45,005 nt of DNA from a virus (Duplodnaviria > Heunggongvirae > Uroviricota > Caudoviricetes), in the IMG/VR virus record IMGVR_UViG_2778261502_000007, positions 1 through 45,005 of that record, one strand, 5' to 3'. The notes below the pieces were generated by a model, which searched no databases, was not told the DNA's origin, and saw nothing but the letters and a program-made list of their open reading frames with translations. A program made the position numbers and the translations under genes. This document shows, one piece after another, positions 17,705 to 28,164 of the stretch (the stretch's first letter is position 1; each line of letters opens with the position of its first letter).

Positions 17705-18493
17705 ATGAGCGAGAAATTGAAGATCGTCTATCGCCCGTTACAAGAACTGTCTCCGTATGCACACAATGCCAGGACACACAGCCCTGAGCAGGTGGCACAA
17801 CTGGTAGAAAGCATTAAGCAATTCGGCTGGACTAATCCGGTGCTGATTGATGAAAAGGGCGAAATTATTGCTGGTCACGGTCGCGTTATGGCGGCTGAAG
17901 TGTTCAGAATGGATTCCGTTCCGGTCATCGTTCTGTCAGGTCTGACGGATGATCAGAAAAAGGCGTACCGCCTGGCAGATAATCGCCTGCCGATGAATGC
18001 TGGCTGGGATGAAGATCTGTTACGGATGGAGCTGTCGGAGCTAATCAATGCTGATTTTGATATTTCCCTGACAGGATTCAGCCCGACAGAAATTGATGAA
18101 CTGTTGACGGATATTTTGCCAGGTACAGGAAATGAGGAGGAACCGTACACGACGAAAATTGATACGCCTGTTTATGAGCCGTCAGGCGATAAACCGGATA
18201 TCAGTGAACTGTACGACGATACGAAAACTCAGGAGCTGATCAGCCGGATACGTTCGGCGTCCCTTGATCCTGATATCGAAAAATTCCTCCTGTGCGCGGC
18301 AGAACGCCACACGGTGTTTAATTTCAGCAGAATTGCGGATTATTACGCTCACGCCCCCGCTGAAATTCAGCACCTTTTTGAGGAGTCGGCGCTGGTGATC
18401 ATTGATTACCAGCAGGCTATTGAAAATGGATTTGTCCGGATGACGCAGCACATGGTGGAGATCATGCATGGCGGGGAGGAGGAATATGCGTGA
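17705..18493 (+). CDS. ParB N-terminal-domain (ParB/Srx-like) protein
   Basis: ...NPVLIDEKGEIIAGHGRVMAAEV... matches ParB box pattern; acidic C-terminal half. Confidence 0.65.
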   Translation: MSEKLKIVYRPLQELSPYAHNARTHSPEQVAQLVESIKQFGWTNPVLIDEKGEIIAGHGRVMAAEVFRMDSVPVIVLSGLTDDQKKAYRLADNRLPMNAGWDEDLLRMELSELINADFDISLTGFSPTEIDELLTDILPGTGNEEEPYTTKIDTPVYEPSGDKPDISELYDDTKTQELISRIRSASLDPDIEKFLLCAAERHTVFNFSRIADYYAHAPAEIQHLFEESALVIIDYQQAIENGFVRMTQHMVEIMHGGEEEYA

Positions 18494-19418
18494 TGATTTT
18501 TGCGCCTTTATTCTGACTCACGGGCGACCGGACAAAGTTCTGACTTACCGGACGTTGCGTCGTGCTGGCTATACCGGGAAAATTTTTATCGTTGTTGATG
18601 ATGAAGATAAGACACGGCATCAGTACATAGCTGATTTTGGTGAACAGGTGCTGGTGTTTTCCAAAGCCGATATCGCCAGTCGTTTTGACGAAGCCGATAA
18701 TTTCGGTGACCGCCGCTCAATTTTTTACGCCCGTAATGCCTGTTTCGACCTGGCAAAACTGGTCGGGTGTAAATACTTCATTCAGCTCGATGATGATTAT
18801 CACGAGTTCCAGTTTCGGGTGGATCGCAACTATGACCAGGCCTATTTTCCGATAAGGAAACTGGATGCGATCCTTTCTGAAATGCTGGCGTATTACGAAT
18901 CAATACCCGCGCTTTCCATCGCTATGTCGCAGGGCGGGGATTTTCTTGGTGACAATGGCGCTCATGCTTCATGGGTGAAACGTAAGGCAATGAACAGCTT
19001 TATCTGTTCGGTTGACCGACCGTTCTCATTCATGGGACGCATTAACGAGGATGTGAATACGTACACGAATCTCGGTCGCCGTGGAGAATTGTTTATGACG
19101 ATCGGTGCTGTCCAGTTAGGGCAGAAACAGACGCAGAAAAACAGTGGCGGAATGACCGAGCTGTATCTGGATTCCGGAACCTACGTTAAAAGTTTTTACT
19201 CCGTCATGTATGCACCGTCATGCGTAAAAATCTCACTGATGGGCGCCAGCCATAAACGCATTCACCACCAGGTCACCTGGAACAACGCTGCAGTAAAAAT
19301 TCTTCACGAAAAATACAGGAAGAAGACACCCTGCATATCAATGGGGGTGACAAATGATTCCGTATTCGAAAGTCGAGTCTCTGGCAGCGTGCCGGATGAC
19401 TGCACAACAAATCGCTGA
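18486..19418 (+). CDS. GT-A-fold-like protein with DxD motif (possible glycosyltransferase)
   Basis: FILTHGRPDKVL...IFIVVDDED and YFIQLDDDYHEF fit GT-A beta-alpha-beta plus DxD pattern; no TM segments; start taken from track ORF 18468 codon offsets. Confidence 0.4.
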   Translation: MRDDFCAFILTHGRPDKVLTYRTLRRAGYTGKIFIVVDDEDKTRHQYIADFGEQVLVFSKADIASRFDEADNFGDRRSIFYARNACFDLAKLVGCKYFIQLDDDYHEFQFRVDRNYDQAYFPIRKLDAILSEMLAYYESIPALSIAMSQGGDFLGDNGAHASWVKRKAMNSFICSVDRPFSFMGRINEDVNTYTNLGRRGELFMTIGAVQLGQKQTQKNSGGMTELYLDSGTYVKSFYSVMYAPSCVKISLMGASHKRIHHQVTWNNAAVKILHEKYRKKTPCISMGVTNDSVFESRVSGSVPDDCTTNR

Positions 19419-19605
19419 CGTTCTGGATGTTGATCTGAATCGACTGAAAGAAAATCGGGAAGCAATGACAAATTTTTATGCGTCCATCCGTAAGGGCAGA
19501 GCGAAAGGTGAAGCCGAGTTACGGGCGGCATTGTTTAAGCTTGCCAGAAAAGGGGATGCCTTTGCTCTGCGCGAACTACTCAGGGTGGATAAAAATCAGG
19601 ACTAA
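19354..19605 (+). CDS. Small HTH protein upstream of terminase
   Basis: 83 aa, HTH-like MTAQQIADVLDVDLNRL; overlaps 3' end of previous gene. Confidence 0.35.
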   Translation: MIPYSKVESLAACRMTAQQIADVLDVDLNRLKENREAMTNFYASIRKGRAKGEAELRAALFKLARKGDAFALRELLRVDKNQD

Positions 19606-19608
19606 CTG

Positions 19609-20691
19609 ATGAGCAGACCGGACTGGGGGGCGTTGCAGCAGGAGTATATTGCTGAATACACCCGCTCCGGTATATCTCCGGTGGCATGGTGTGAAGCAAG
19701 GGGACTGAATTACGCAACAGCCCGTCGTTACATCAAAAAACCTCCGAAAAATGCGCAGGCAGAAGTGCGCAAAACTGCGCAAAAAGGTGCGCAAAAGAAA
19801 ACTGCGCAAAAGCGAACCGGCAAAACGGGGAAGGAAAAATCCAGAGTGGTTGTTTCTCCCGTTGCAGGAAATGATCAGGAAATTTTATTCAATCCCGATG
19901 AATTCGGCATCTCAGAGCAGCAGACGAAATTTGCGATGCTGGTTGCACAGGGGAGAAAACTCGTTGAGGCATATCGCCTGGCAGGATACGAGTCAGAGGG
20001 GAATGCGGCCTACGTAACTGCCAGCCAGCTCCTAAGAAATCCTAAGGTTTATCGGGCTATCTCATGGTTCCGCAATCAGTACCAGAAACGCTATACCGCA
20101 GACCTGGATTTACTGGTGAGTCAGTTGATGGCCATTGTCCAGGCCGACCCCAATCAGTTAGCACAATTTCGCCGTGTTAACTGCCGTTATTGCTGGGGCG
20201 AGAATCATCTCTACCAGTGGCGCGATATAGCAGAATTTGATAAGGCAGCGGCGCAGGCTTCCAGAGATGGCAAACCCGAACCGGAATATGGAGGCCTTGG
20301 CTTTGTTGATAACGCCATACCCAATCCGGACTGCCCGAAGTGCTGCGGTGAGGGAACGGGGCAGCTTTATATGGCTGATACCACTCTGCTTGATGGGGAT
20401 GCACGGCAATTATATGCAGGGGCAAAGCTCGGGAAATTTGGTGTTGAGATCCTGCTGGAGGATAAGTCTGCCGCCCGGCGCGAACTTATCAAGCTGATAA
20501 TGGCGACGAAAGGAAGTTCTGCTGGTGGTGCAACTGACAGTCGCAATGATCTGGAGCTTGAAGGACTGAGGCTTCGCAATGAAAAGCTGCGCACTGAGAT
20601 TGAAAACCTCAAAAAAGGCGTGGGTGGTGAGAATAACGAAATAATTATCCACAACTCTCTGCCGATGCCGGGAGTGGATAATGTCGATTGA
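19609..20691 (+). CDS. Terminase small subunit-like
   Basis: N-terminal HTH GISPVAWCEARGLNYATARRYIKK, basic linker, coiled-coil; overlaps terminase large subunit start. Confidence 0.55.
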   Translation: MSRPDWGALQQEYIAEYTRSGISPVAWCEARGLNYATARRYIKKPPKNAQAEVRKTAQKGAQKKTAQKRTGKTGKEKSRVVVSPVAGNDQEILFNPDEFGISEQQTKFAMLVAQGRKLVEAYRLAGYESEGNAAYVTASQLLRNPKVYRAISWFRNQYQKRYTADLDLLVSQLMAIVQADPNQLAQFRRVNCRYCWGENHLYQWRDIAEFDKAAAQASRDGKPEPEYGGLGFVDNAIPNPDCPKCCGEGTGQLYMADTTLLDGDARQLYAGAKLGKFGVEILLEDKSAARRELIKLIMATKGSSAGGATDSRNDLELEGLRLRNEKLRTEIENLKKGVGGENNEIIIHNSLPMPGVDNVD

Positions 20692-22009
20692 AATCTACCT
20701 CCCAAAACCTCATGAGGGGCAAATAGCTGCATGGACGGCGGCAATAGAGGAACGCTTCCACGCGGTATGCTGTGGTCGTCGCTGGGGTAAAACGGTGATG
20801 CTGGTGAATATCGCTACCAGTTTCGCGACGCGGAAATTTGCCGTTCCTACCACCGGGCAGCTTATCGCGGGTAGGGTGGGGATTTTTACCGCACAATACC
20901 GCCAGTACCAGGAAATCTGGGATGAAATTAGCGCCGTTCTGCAACCGCTGATCCTCAGCCAGTCAAAAAATGAAAAGCGCATCATTCTCCGTAATGGGGG
21001 GCGCATCGACTTTTGGGTAACGGACAATAACAAACTGGCCGGGCGTGGGCGTAAGTATCACGCTGTGCTGATTGATGAGGCCGCATTCACTAAATCGCCG
21101 GAAATGCTCGAGGAAATCTGGCCCCGCGCTATACGCCCGACGCTTGTCGATTACCGTGGCTGTGCCTGGGTATTTTCCACACCAAACGGTATCGACGAGA
21201 GCAATTTTTTCTACGCGATATGCCACGATGAATCCCTGGGATTTGTCATGCACCATGCGCCAACTTCATCGAATCCGTATATTCCGAAAGAAGAACTGGA
21301 GGAAACGGAGAAGAAATCCGATCCGCGCGTATGGCAGCAGGAATATCTTGCCGAGTTCGTGGACTGGTCCAAAGACGCGTTACTTGATGTCGATAAGCTG
21401 CTGGTGGATGGTCAGCCGGTTGACATGCCGCCGCACTGCGACATGATTTTCGCAGTGATGGATACGGCACTGAAAGGCGGGACCGAAAATGACGGTACAG
21501 GCGTGGTGTATTTCGCCTGGGAGTCAACATATTCGGACGAGCCAAAACTGACGATTATTGACTGGGATGTGACGCAAATTAAAGCGTCATTGCTTCCTGA
21601 GTATATCCCCGGTGTTTATGACAACCTCGAACGCCTGGCGAAATTATGCCGTCCGCGTCTGGGCAGCCAGGGAATTTTTATGGAAGACGCTGCGATGGGG
21701 GCGATCCTCAACCAGAAAGCGGAAACCGAAGGCTGGGATATGACGCCGATTAAATCGGCACTAACCAGCAAAGGCAAAGACGAACGGGCGGTGATGGCAT
21801 CCGGATATCACTATCAGGGGATGTGCAAAATCGTCCGGGAGGCTTACGACAAGACCGTTTCATTCAAACGCACCACTGCAAACCACCTCATTAAACAAAT
21901 CGCCGGGTTCCACCTGGCAGACAAAGACGCGCATAAACGTGCTGATGACCTTTTCGATTGTTATACCTACGGATTGATCATCGCGCACGGTAATTACGCG
22001 GCGTTGTAA
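20681..22009 (+). CDS. Terminase large subunit
   Basis: Walker A-like CCGRRWGKT, Walker B VLIDEAAF, C-terminal nuclease-like acidic residues. Confidence 0.75.
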   Translation: MSIEIYLPKPHEGQIAAWTAAIEERFHAVCCGRRWGKTVMLVNIATSFATRKFAVPTTGQLIAGRVGIFTAQYRQYQEIWDEISAVLQPLILSQSKNEKRIILRNGGRIDFWVTDNNKLAGRGRKYHAVLIDEAAFTKSPEMLEEIWPRAIRPTLVDYRGCAWVFSTPNGIDESNFFYAICHDESLGFVMHHAPTSSNPYIPKEELEETEKKSDPRVWQQEYLAEFVDWSKDALLDVDKLLVDGQPVDMPPHCDMIFAVMDTALKGGTENDGTGVVYFAWESTYSDEPKLTIIDWDVTQIKASLLPEYIPGVYDNLERLAKLCRPRLGSQGIFMEDAAMGAILNQKAETEGWDMTPIKSALTSKGKDERAVMASGYHYQGMCKIVREAYDKTVSFKRTTANHLIKQIAGFHLADKDAHKRADDLFDCYTYGLIIAHGNYAAL

Positions 22010-22022
22010 AAATCAGGATATT

Positions 22023-23462
22023 TTGATGGCAGAGATCGAGATTACTGGCGGCCTCGATTCAGCACTGATGCGTATTCTTGAGGCTGAAGAAATTCAGCCG
22101 GGAACCGATATCGGCTATGAATTGTGTAAGCTGCTGTGGCAATTCCATCCTCTGGGCGGAAAACTTGTCGAAAAACCCATACTGATGGCGATGTGTAAAC
22201 CGCGGCAGTATAACGTGGAGACAGACCCTGACGAGAGGGTTGTACGGCGTTTCCAGGAAGTATGGGAACGTATGAAGGTTAACGAGAAGATTAAAAATCT
22301 GTTTTTTTTGTCTCGTTGCTACGGTGCCGCAGCGATCGGCGTGGGCACCGACAGTGTTTCATGTCGAGAGCCGCTTCCGACATTCGGACTGACAGAAGAG
22401 GATGTGTATATCAACGCGTGGGATCCGTTGAACGCTTCCGGTTCGATGGTGACTGACCAGAACCCAAACAGCCCGTTTTTCCAGGAAGCCAATAAAAAGC
22501 TGAAGATTGGCGGAAAAGACTGGCATCCGTCGCGCACACTTAAAATCTTCAACGGCACACCGATTTATCTGGAGTTTCAGAGTTCAACGTTCGGATTCAC
22601 CGGGCGAAGCGTGTTTCAGCGAGTTCTTTATTCCCTGAAATCCTATATCAATACGATGGAGGCGAATGATCTCGTCAGCCAGAAGGCAGGCGTACTGGTG
22701 GCTAAAGTTGTGCAGAACAGTTCGAAAATTGACGGGATCATGGCTGCTGCCACGGGGCGTAAAAGGGAAAACGTGAAAGCCGCCAAAAATAAAGGCGTGT
22801 TGAGTATTGGAAAAGACGAAGACGTAAGTTCACTGAACCTGCAAAACATCGACGGGGCGCTGAATACTGCCCGCGACAACATCATTGCTGATATTGCCGC
22901 CGGGAGTGATGTTCCGGCCATTATTATCAAGGAAGAAGCGTTCAGTAACGGATTCGGTGAAGGTAAGGAGGACTCGAAAGCCATCAGCCAGTATATCGAT
23001 GGTGTGCGCCAGCAGATTGAGCCTGTGATGGATTATTTCGAACGCCTGGTGCAGTACATCGCCTGGAACGAGGAATTTTATCAGTCGCTGAAAAATGATT
23101 ACCCGGACATTATAACCGACGACTATAAAACCACGTTTTACCAGTGGCGACGTGAATTTACCGCGACGTGGCAGGAGCTGGTGGAGGAGTCGCCGGACAA
23201 ACGCCGGGAAAGCGACAGTAAAGTGATTCAACAGGCGATAGCACTTTTCTCTGCCGTGTCGCCACAGGTTGATCCTGAAAACCGCGCCGCCCTCGCTGAA
23301 TGGCTGGCAAGCCTTGTTAATGCCACGCAAACCTATGGCGAAGCTCCACTCATCATTGATGTGGACGCGCTGGCGAATTATGAACCACCGAAGCAGGAGA
23401 CGCCTGATGGCAATTTCCAGCCGGGCGGTGAGGAAGAAGAAACGGATCAGGACGCTGTATGA
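22023..23462 (+). CDS. Portal protein (putative)
   Basis: 479 aa directly after terminase large subunit; acidic C-terminus. Confidence 0.5.
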   Translation: MMAEIEITGGLDSALMRILEAEEIQPGTDIGYELCKLLWQFHPLGGKLVEKPILMAMCKPRQYNVETDPDERVVRRFQEVWERMKVNEKIKNLFFLSRCYGAAAIGVGTDSVSCREPLPTFGLTEEDVYINAWDPLNASGSMVTDQNPNSPFFQEANKKLKIGGKDWHPSRTLKIFNGTPIYLEFQSSTFGFTGRSVFQRVLYSLKSYINTMEANDLVSQKAGVLVAKVVQNSSKIDGIMAAATGRKRENVKAAKNKGVLSIGKDEDVSSLNLQNIDGALNTARDNIIADIAAGSDVPAIIIKEEAFSNGFGEGKEDSKAISQYIDGVRQQIEPVMDYFERLVQYIAWNEEFYQSLKNDYPDIITDDYKTTFYQWRREFTATWQELVEESPDKRRESDSKVIQQAIALFSAVSPQVDPENRAALAEWLASLVNATQTYGEAPLIIDVDALANYEPPKQETPDGNFQPGGEEEETDQDAV

Positions 23463-24240
23463 GGTTCTGACGGATGCCGTTAACTACTACGTAAATCACG
23501 GGTGGGATAGCGAAAAATCATTGCTCGAATGGTGCCGGAAACTCCGTGTAGCCGCTCAGCGAGAAACCCCTGATGATACCGTAGCCAGAAGACATCTCAC
23601 CGCTATCTACAGCCGTCTTGTCATCGACGGCGGGGCATTACGGGATCAGCCTCCTGATGGCCCTAAAAAAATCACTGTTGAAAAACTGAAACCTGAGTTT
23701 CGTAAGGAACTCGACAGGCGAATTTTCGCCAGTGCCAACCTGATAAAACTCAACCGCGAACAGGCTATCGAGAAAACCATACAGCGTTTTCAGGGATGGG
23801 TTACGTCCATTCCGCCTGACGGGGTGAGCGAAATTGATCGCCGGGAAGTGAAGTCCGGTTTTCAGAAGTCCCTGAAGGATATGGATTTTATCAGTCGCCG
23901 GGTGGCAATTGATCAGGGGTATAAGCTGGCAAGCAACGTTAAGTATCTGCTGGCTGTTCAGAGTGGAGCGATTGCTCTGCGCTGGCATTCTAACTGGCGG
24001 CGTCCGGGCTACAAATACCGACAGGACCACAAAGAGCGCGACGAGAAAATTTATCTCCTCCGCAATTCGTGGGCGCTGGAGCAGGGGCTGATTAAGCCCG
24101 TATATGGTTTTTATGACGAAATCACTGCTGCCGGGGAGGAGGTTTATTGCAGTTGCGATGCACTGCCGATCTACGCCCCTCAGAAACTACCCGACGAATT
24201 TTTAACGGAGAAGGGCAAACGTGAGTTTAACCGAGCTTGA
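23407..24240 (+). CDS. Head morphogenesis / minor capsid protein (putative)
   Basis: ATG 23407 after AGGAGA; position after portal; start uncertain. Confidence 0.4.
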   Translation: MAISSRAVRKKKRIRTLYEVLTDAVNYYVNHGWDSEKSLLEWCRKLRVAAQRETPDDTVARRHLTAIYSRLVIDGGALRDQPPDGPKKITVEKLKPEFRKELDRRIFASANLIKLNREQAIEKTIQRFQGWVTSIPPDGVSEIDRREVKSGFQKSLKDMDFISRRVAIDQGYKLASNVKYLLAVQSGAIALRWHSNWRRPGYKYRQDHKERDEKIYLLRNSWALEQGLIKPVYGFYDEITAAGEEVYCSCDALPIYAPQKLPDEFLTEKGKREFNRA

Positions 24241-25543
24241 AGTGGCAGAACGCATCAGGGACGGAACCGTACCGTCTCCAGTGAAATTCTCCAACATGTG
24301 GCTGGTGAATTTGCGAATAACCGGAACCGGGCTTGCCTATCGCGCCGGGCTGAAAGAGCACGTCTGGCGTGATCCAAAGCTCTATCTGAACGAGGAGTTT
24401 TTAAGGCGATGCAATGGCCTTCCGGTTATCGCAAACCATCCTGACGACGCAGTTCTGACGGAGGAGGATTTTAAATCGCGGATCGTCGGTAGCGTCATGC
24501 TGCCGTATATCCGGGGTGATGAGGTATGGGCGGTGTGCCGCGTTTACCTCCAGAGCATTGTTGAAGAAATCACTGAGGGGGATGTTTCGACAAGCCCGTC
24601 GGTGGTGTTCAACAGCACATCAGGAAATGTGGAAGTACAGGAAGGTGACACCAATTTTTTAATCGAAGGCGTTCCTTTCCTTGTTGATCACATTGCCCTG
24701 GTGACGAAAGACCACGGCTCGCTGGGCGTGTGGGATAAAGACCGGATCCCCGCAGGGGTTGAAGTGACAAACACAGGTGAAATCGAGATGGAAAAAGAAG
24801 AACTCCAGGCCCTGTTACAGGGGGTTGTGAGCGATGCCCTGCAAGGCATTAATCAGAAAATCGATGGTGTCGTTACGCGCATGGACTCTCTGGAACAGCG
24901 GGACAAAGCGCGGGCGGACGCCGAAGAACAGGCGAAAAAAGAGGCCGGAGAAAAGGCCAAAGCCGATGAAGCCGCAGAGGAACAGCGTAAAGCTGATGAA
25001 GCTGCGGCAAAGGAGGCGGAAGAAAAAGCCAAAGCTGACGAGGCAGCAGCCAAAGATGCTGAGGAGAAAGCAAAGGCTGATTCCGAAGCGGAAGAACAGC
25101 GTAAGGCTGACGAGGAGGCAGAAAAAGAACGCAATGACTCTGCCCTGGCAGAAGCGCAGGCAAAAGCCGACTCCGCATTCAGTGCCTGCGGTAAAAACGC
25201 GCCAGCACCGTTTTCTGGTGAAAATGCGCTGGACTACCGCAAGCGTGCGCTAATCGCTATGCAGAAACACTCTCCGGCACATAAGGACGTCAATATTCGC
25301 GCGATTGCGGATTCTGCAACGCTGGCTGTGCTTGAGGACGCAATTTTCAGTGCCGCCCGTCAGTCCATCGAAAAAGAAATGATGAGTACGCAGGGGCAAC
25401 TGCATAAACGTATCCGCAACGATGAAGCCGGGCGTCGCATTACTGAATATCAGGGCGATCCGAACGTCTGGCTGAGTGCCTTCAAAATTCCGGGGCGTCG
25501 TCTGGCAAAAATTAACACTCAAGGGAGCCTGAACAATGGCTGA
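24221..25543 (+). CDS. Scaffold/protease-like head protein with central coiled-coil repeats
   Basis: GTG start after GGAGAAGG; central KADEAAxxEEKAKADE tandem repeats; between portal and capsid. Confidence 0.4.
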   Translation: MSLTELEVAERIRDGTVPSPVKFSNMWLVNLRITGTGLAYRAGLKEHVWRDPKLYLNEEFLRRCNGLPVIANHPDDAVLTEEDFKSRIVGSVMLPYIRGDEVWAVCRVYLQSIVEEITEGDVSTSPSVVFNSTSGNVEVQEGDTNFLIEGVPFLVDHIALVTKDHGSLGVWDKDRIPAGVEVTNTGEIEMEKEELQALLQGVVSDALQGINQKIDGVVTRMDSLEQRDKARADAEEQAKKEAGEKAKADEAAEEQRKADEAAAKEAEEKAKADEAAAKDAEEKAKADSEAEEQRKADEEAEKERNDSALAEAQAKADSAFSACGKNAPAPFSGENALDYRKRALIAMQKHSPAHKDVNIRAIADSATLAVLEDAIFSAARQSIEKEMMSTQGQLHKRIRNDEAGRRITEYQGDPNVWLSAFKIPGRRLAKINTQGSLNNG

Positions 25544-26153
25544 TATTAACTTTCATCCGTTTAAAAACCGTGGAGCATTTGGTGGCCTTTTTAACGTCGA
25601 ATCCCGTGGGCTGATGCAGGGGGATGCGCAGGATGATCCGGTAATTCGTCTGCAACTTTGCTCCGGACGACTGAACAGCAAAATCACTGAACCGGTATGG
25701 GGTGGTGTCGGTGTTATCGAGTGCATCGCTACCGCGAAAGACAGTGTTAACGGCGCGGTTATCAAGCAGGCCACGAAGGACGCCTGTAACGCCTTTACGG
25801 TCTTTAATCAGGCATTTCATGGCATTACCACGTCGGATAATCCGGTGCCGTTATATCTCGCGGGTGGCTTTGTTCACTATTACCGCGTTGGCTCAGGCGC
25901 CCGCATTCCTCTCCCGGTCAGTGCAGAAGTTGTTGCGTTGGCTGATGGCAATAACACCGTTGCTGCCAGTGGTTTTGTGTGGGACCTGACAAATAACGTC
26001 ATTGATGTTTACACGGGAACGCCGGGGGCTAACCCGAAAGTGGACATTAAGTTGCTGATGGTTTCAGTTGAAGGAAACCTGACGGTGAAAAAAGAGGATG
26101 GCGGTAACGTTGTCTGGGAAATCGGCAAGCCGTGCGGCCTGTTTTTAATTTAA
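25536..26153 (+). CDS. Head structural protein (unassigned)
   Basis: 205 aa, immediately upstream of major capsid gene. Confidence 0.35.
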   Translation: MADINFHPFKNRGAFGGLFNVESRGLMQGDAQDDPVIRLQLCSGRLNSKITEPVWGGVGVIECIATAKDSVNGAVIKQATKDACNAFTVFNQAFHGITTSDNPVPLYLAGGFVHYYRVGSGARIPLPVSAEVVALADGNNTVAASGFVWDLTNNVIDVYTGTPGANPKVDIKLLMVSVEGNLTVKKEDGGNVVWEIGKPCGLFLI

Positions 26154-26167
26154 GGGGATATTAATTA

Positions 26168-27196
26168 ATGAGCGCATTTACTCCCGCGACTACTTTTGTG
26201 TCGCCGTCAATGGTGCTGCCGGAAATGATCGTGCAACAGAGCATGGCTTCCGGGGCGTTTGAAGTCCTGGCTGGTGGTGCTCCAGCGGTAAAAATCAGTT
26301 CCAGTGATTTGATGGTCTATCAGAAATATCTGCGCATGACCTCGCAGGCGCAGGTCAGCCAGTCTCTGCCGGGCCAGTTACCGTCTTCCAGTATCTCTGG
26401 CGGCTATGACGGGATGATGACTTACCGAATTTCTTCCCGTTCGCAATACAGCTATCTCGATACTGATGCAGCAGATCGCTGGGGCTATTCTCTGATTGAA
26501 GGCCTGCGCCTGGCTAACCGCCAGGGACACGCTCAAATGTTGCGTAATATGCTGCTGTATGGCGTGAATGCAGCTAATAACGAGGGGATCACCAACTCCC
26601 CGAATGCAGTGACGTTGAATCTGGGTAACGACAGCAAAGGCAATGATTCTTACACCACCTGGGACTCCGGCGAGATGGCTAAATTTATGCTTGGCCTGAT
26701 TGCTGACCAGAAAACCCGCATGTTGCTGCTGGGGCAGCCATTAACGACAGTCATTCTGAGTCCGCAGCGATTCATGAAGGCGCTGGAGTGGACAGGAATT
26801 GTTGAGCTGACCAGTTACCAGCGTCCTGGAGGCGGTACCGGAACAGTGGGGACGATGGTTAAAGACGTCGCTGATAAGGCGACAGGCGATGACATCATTT
26901 TCTGCCAGGATGACACGCTGATTGGTAAGGGGGCTGGTGGTAGTGACCTGATCATCGTTACGAACCCGACGATTGAGGTTCCGGAAGCGCGTCACGCTAT
27001 TAACACCAATATTTTCTCCACGCTGGTCCCTAACCAGCAGGCCGTCAACGTGATGTTCTGCGACATGGCAGCGCCGACGGAAATCCCGTCCCCTATGCCG
27101 GATGGCGGCCTGACCACGTTGTATACCATGCGTGCGACACCGGGCTGGAACTTCCGCCCGGAGGGGATCACCCTGTTGTCTGCCAAATACGCATAA
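26168..27196 (+). CDS. Major capsid protein (putative)
   Basis: 342 aa in capsid position, followed by strong intrinsic terminator. Confidence 0.5.
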   Translation: MSAFTPATTFVSPSMVLPEMIVQQSMASGAFEVLAGGAPAVKISSSDLMVYQKYLRMTSQAQVSQSLPGQLPSSSISGGYDGMMTYRISSRSQYSYLDTDAADRWGYSLIEGLRLANRQGHAQMLRNMLLYGVNAANNEGITNSPNAVTLNLGNDSKGNDSYTTWDSGEMAKFMLGLIADQKTRMLLLGQPLTTVILSPQRFMKALEWTGIVELTSYQRPGGGTGTVGTMVKDVADKATGDDIIFCQDDTLIGKGAGGSDLIIVTNPTIEVPEARHAINTNIFSTLVPNQQAVNVMFCDMAAPTEIPSPMPDGGLTTLYTMRATPGWNFRPEGITLLSAKYA

Positions 27197-27215
27197 ACGT
27201 TCAATCTGATAACGC

Positions 27216-27241
27216 GGGGAGCTAAATGCTCCCCTTTTTTG
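27216..27241 (+). terminator. Intrinsic terminator after capsid gene
   Basis: GGGGAGC-TAAAT-GCTCCCC plus T7. Confidence 0.6.
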
Positions 27242-27253
27242 TGGGAAAAATTT

Positions 27254-27724
27254 ATGAAGCTCTACATCGCTAACTGCTCACGTCAGCCGCACACGTTCAA
27301 CTACAAACTCCCCGAAAAAACGCAGTCGTTCGGTGTGACAATTCCGTCCGGACGTCAGCATATGATCGAAAATCAGTCCGATATTATCGACCACATCATC
27401 CGACAGCATGAGCCTTACGGATTCCAGCGTTGTGACAAGGTGGACAAGAATTTTTCCGGTATCTGCTATTCCATCGATAAACCTGTGAGCGTCGGTCGTA
27501 TTGAGGATTGCGCGGAGCAGAAAACGGAAAATCTGGAATCCATGTCAGAGGAAATTCTCGCGGCCAGCGCCGTATCGCTGAATAACGCAGTGGATCAGGC
27601 GGTGATTCAGAGCGGCGAAAAACCTCAACCGGGCGGTATTGAGATGGAAATCACCGGAGAAGCGATCAACACCGAACAGGAAAATCCGCCCAGCACAAAG
27701 CGAAATATTAAGGTTAAAAAATAA
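27254..27724 (+). CDS. Hypothetical head/neck-region protein
   Basis: 156 aa; acidic C-terminal tail. Confidence 0.35.
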   Translation: MKLYIANCSRQPHTFNYKLPEKTQSFGVTIPSGRQHMIENQSDIIDHIIRQHEPYGFQRCDKVDKNFSGICYSIDKPVSVGRIEDCAEQKTENLESMSEEILAASAVSLNNAVDQAVIQSGEKPQPGGIEMEITGEAINTEQENPPSTKRNIKVKK

Positions 27725-28164
27725 TGACCCTGTGTCCGTCACTGGAGGGGTTTATTCGCTTCGTTCGTGATGACATGAAAGTACCGGTTCACGCCATTGC
27801 TGACGATGATCCGACGCTGGAATGTTGCTTTCAGTCTGCGATGGAGCTAATCCCTCACGATCAGGGGCTGGAGCGTTTACCCATCATCTATGTGCGAACG
27901 GTTTATAACGCTGCCGCCTCATTCCTCCTGAATTTCGCCCCCGGCTCGTGGTTTGCCAACCTGCGAAAAAAACTCAATCTTGGGAGTCTGGTAACAGGAC
28001 TCGTCAGCGCGGCAGCAGACCAGGGGACATCGGGTTCGATCACCATCAGCGACGCGCTGAGTAATCTGTCTTTGCTGGATTTGCAGATGTTGCAGGATCC
28101 GTATGGACGACAGGTTATTGCGGTGCTGATGCAGATGGGCACGGTATGGGGGTACACGCCATGA
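27724..28164 (+). CDS. Head-tail joining protein (putative)
   Basis: Position and size only. Confidence 0.3.
   Translation: MTLCPSLEGFIRFVRDDMKVPVHAIADDDPTLECCFQSAMELIPHDQGLERLPIIYVRTVYNAAASFLLNFAPGSWFANLRKKLNLGSLVTGLVSAAADQGTSGSITISDALSNLSLLDLQMLQDPYGRQVIAVLMQMGTVWGYTP

Noticed and set aside
22830-23330. 166 aa minus-strand ORF
   Set aside because: Antisense to the portal gene.
24834-25253. 139 aa Arg/Lys-rich plus ORF and two minus ORFs in the repeat region
   Set aside because: Alternative-frame readings of the GAA/GCN-rich coiled-coil repeats of the scaffold-like gene.
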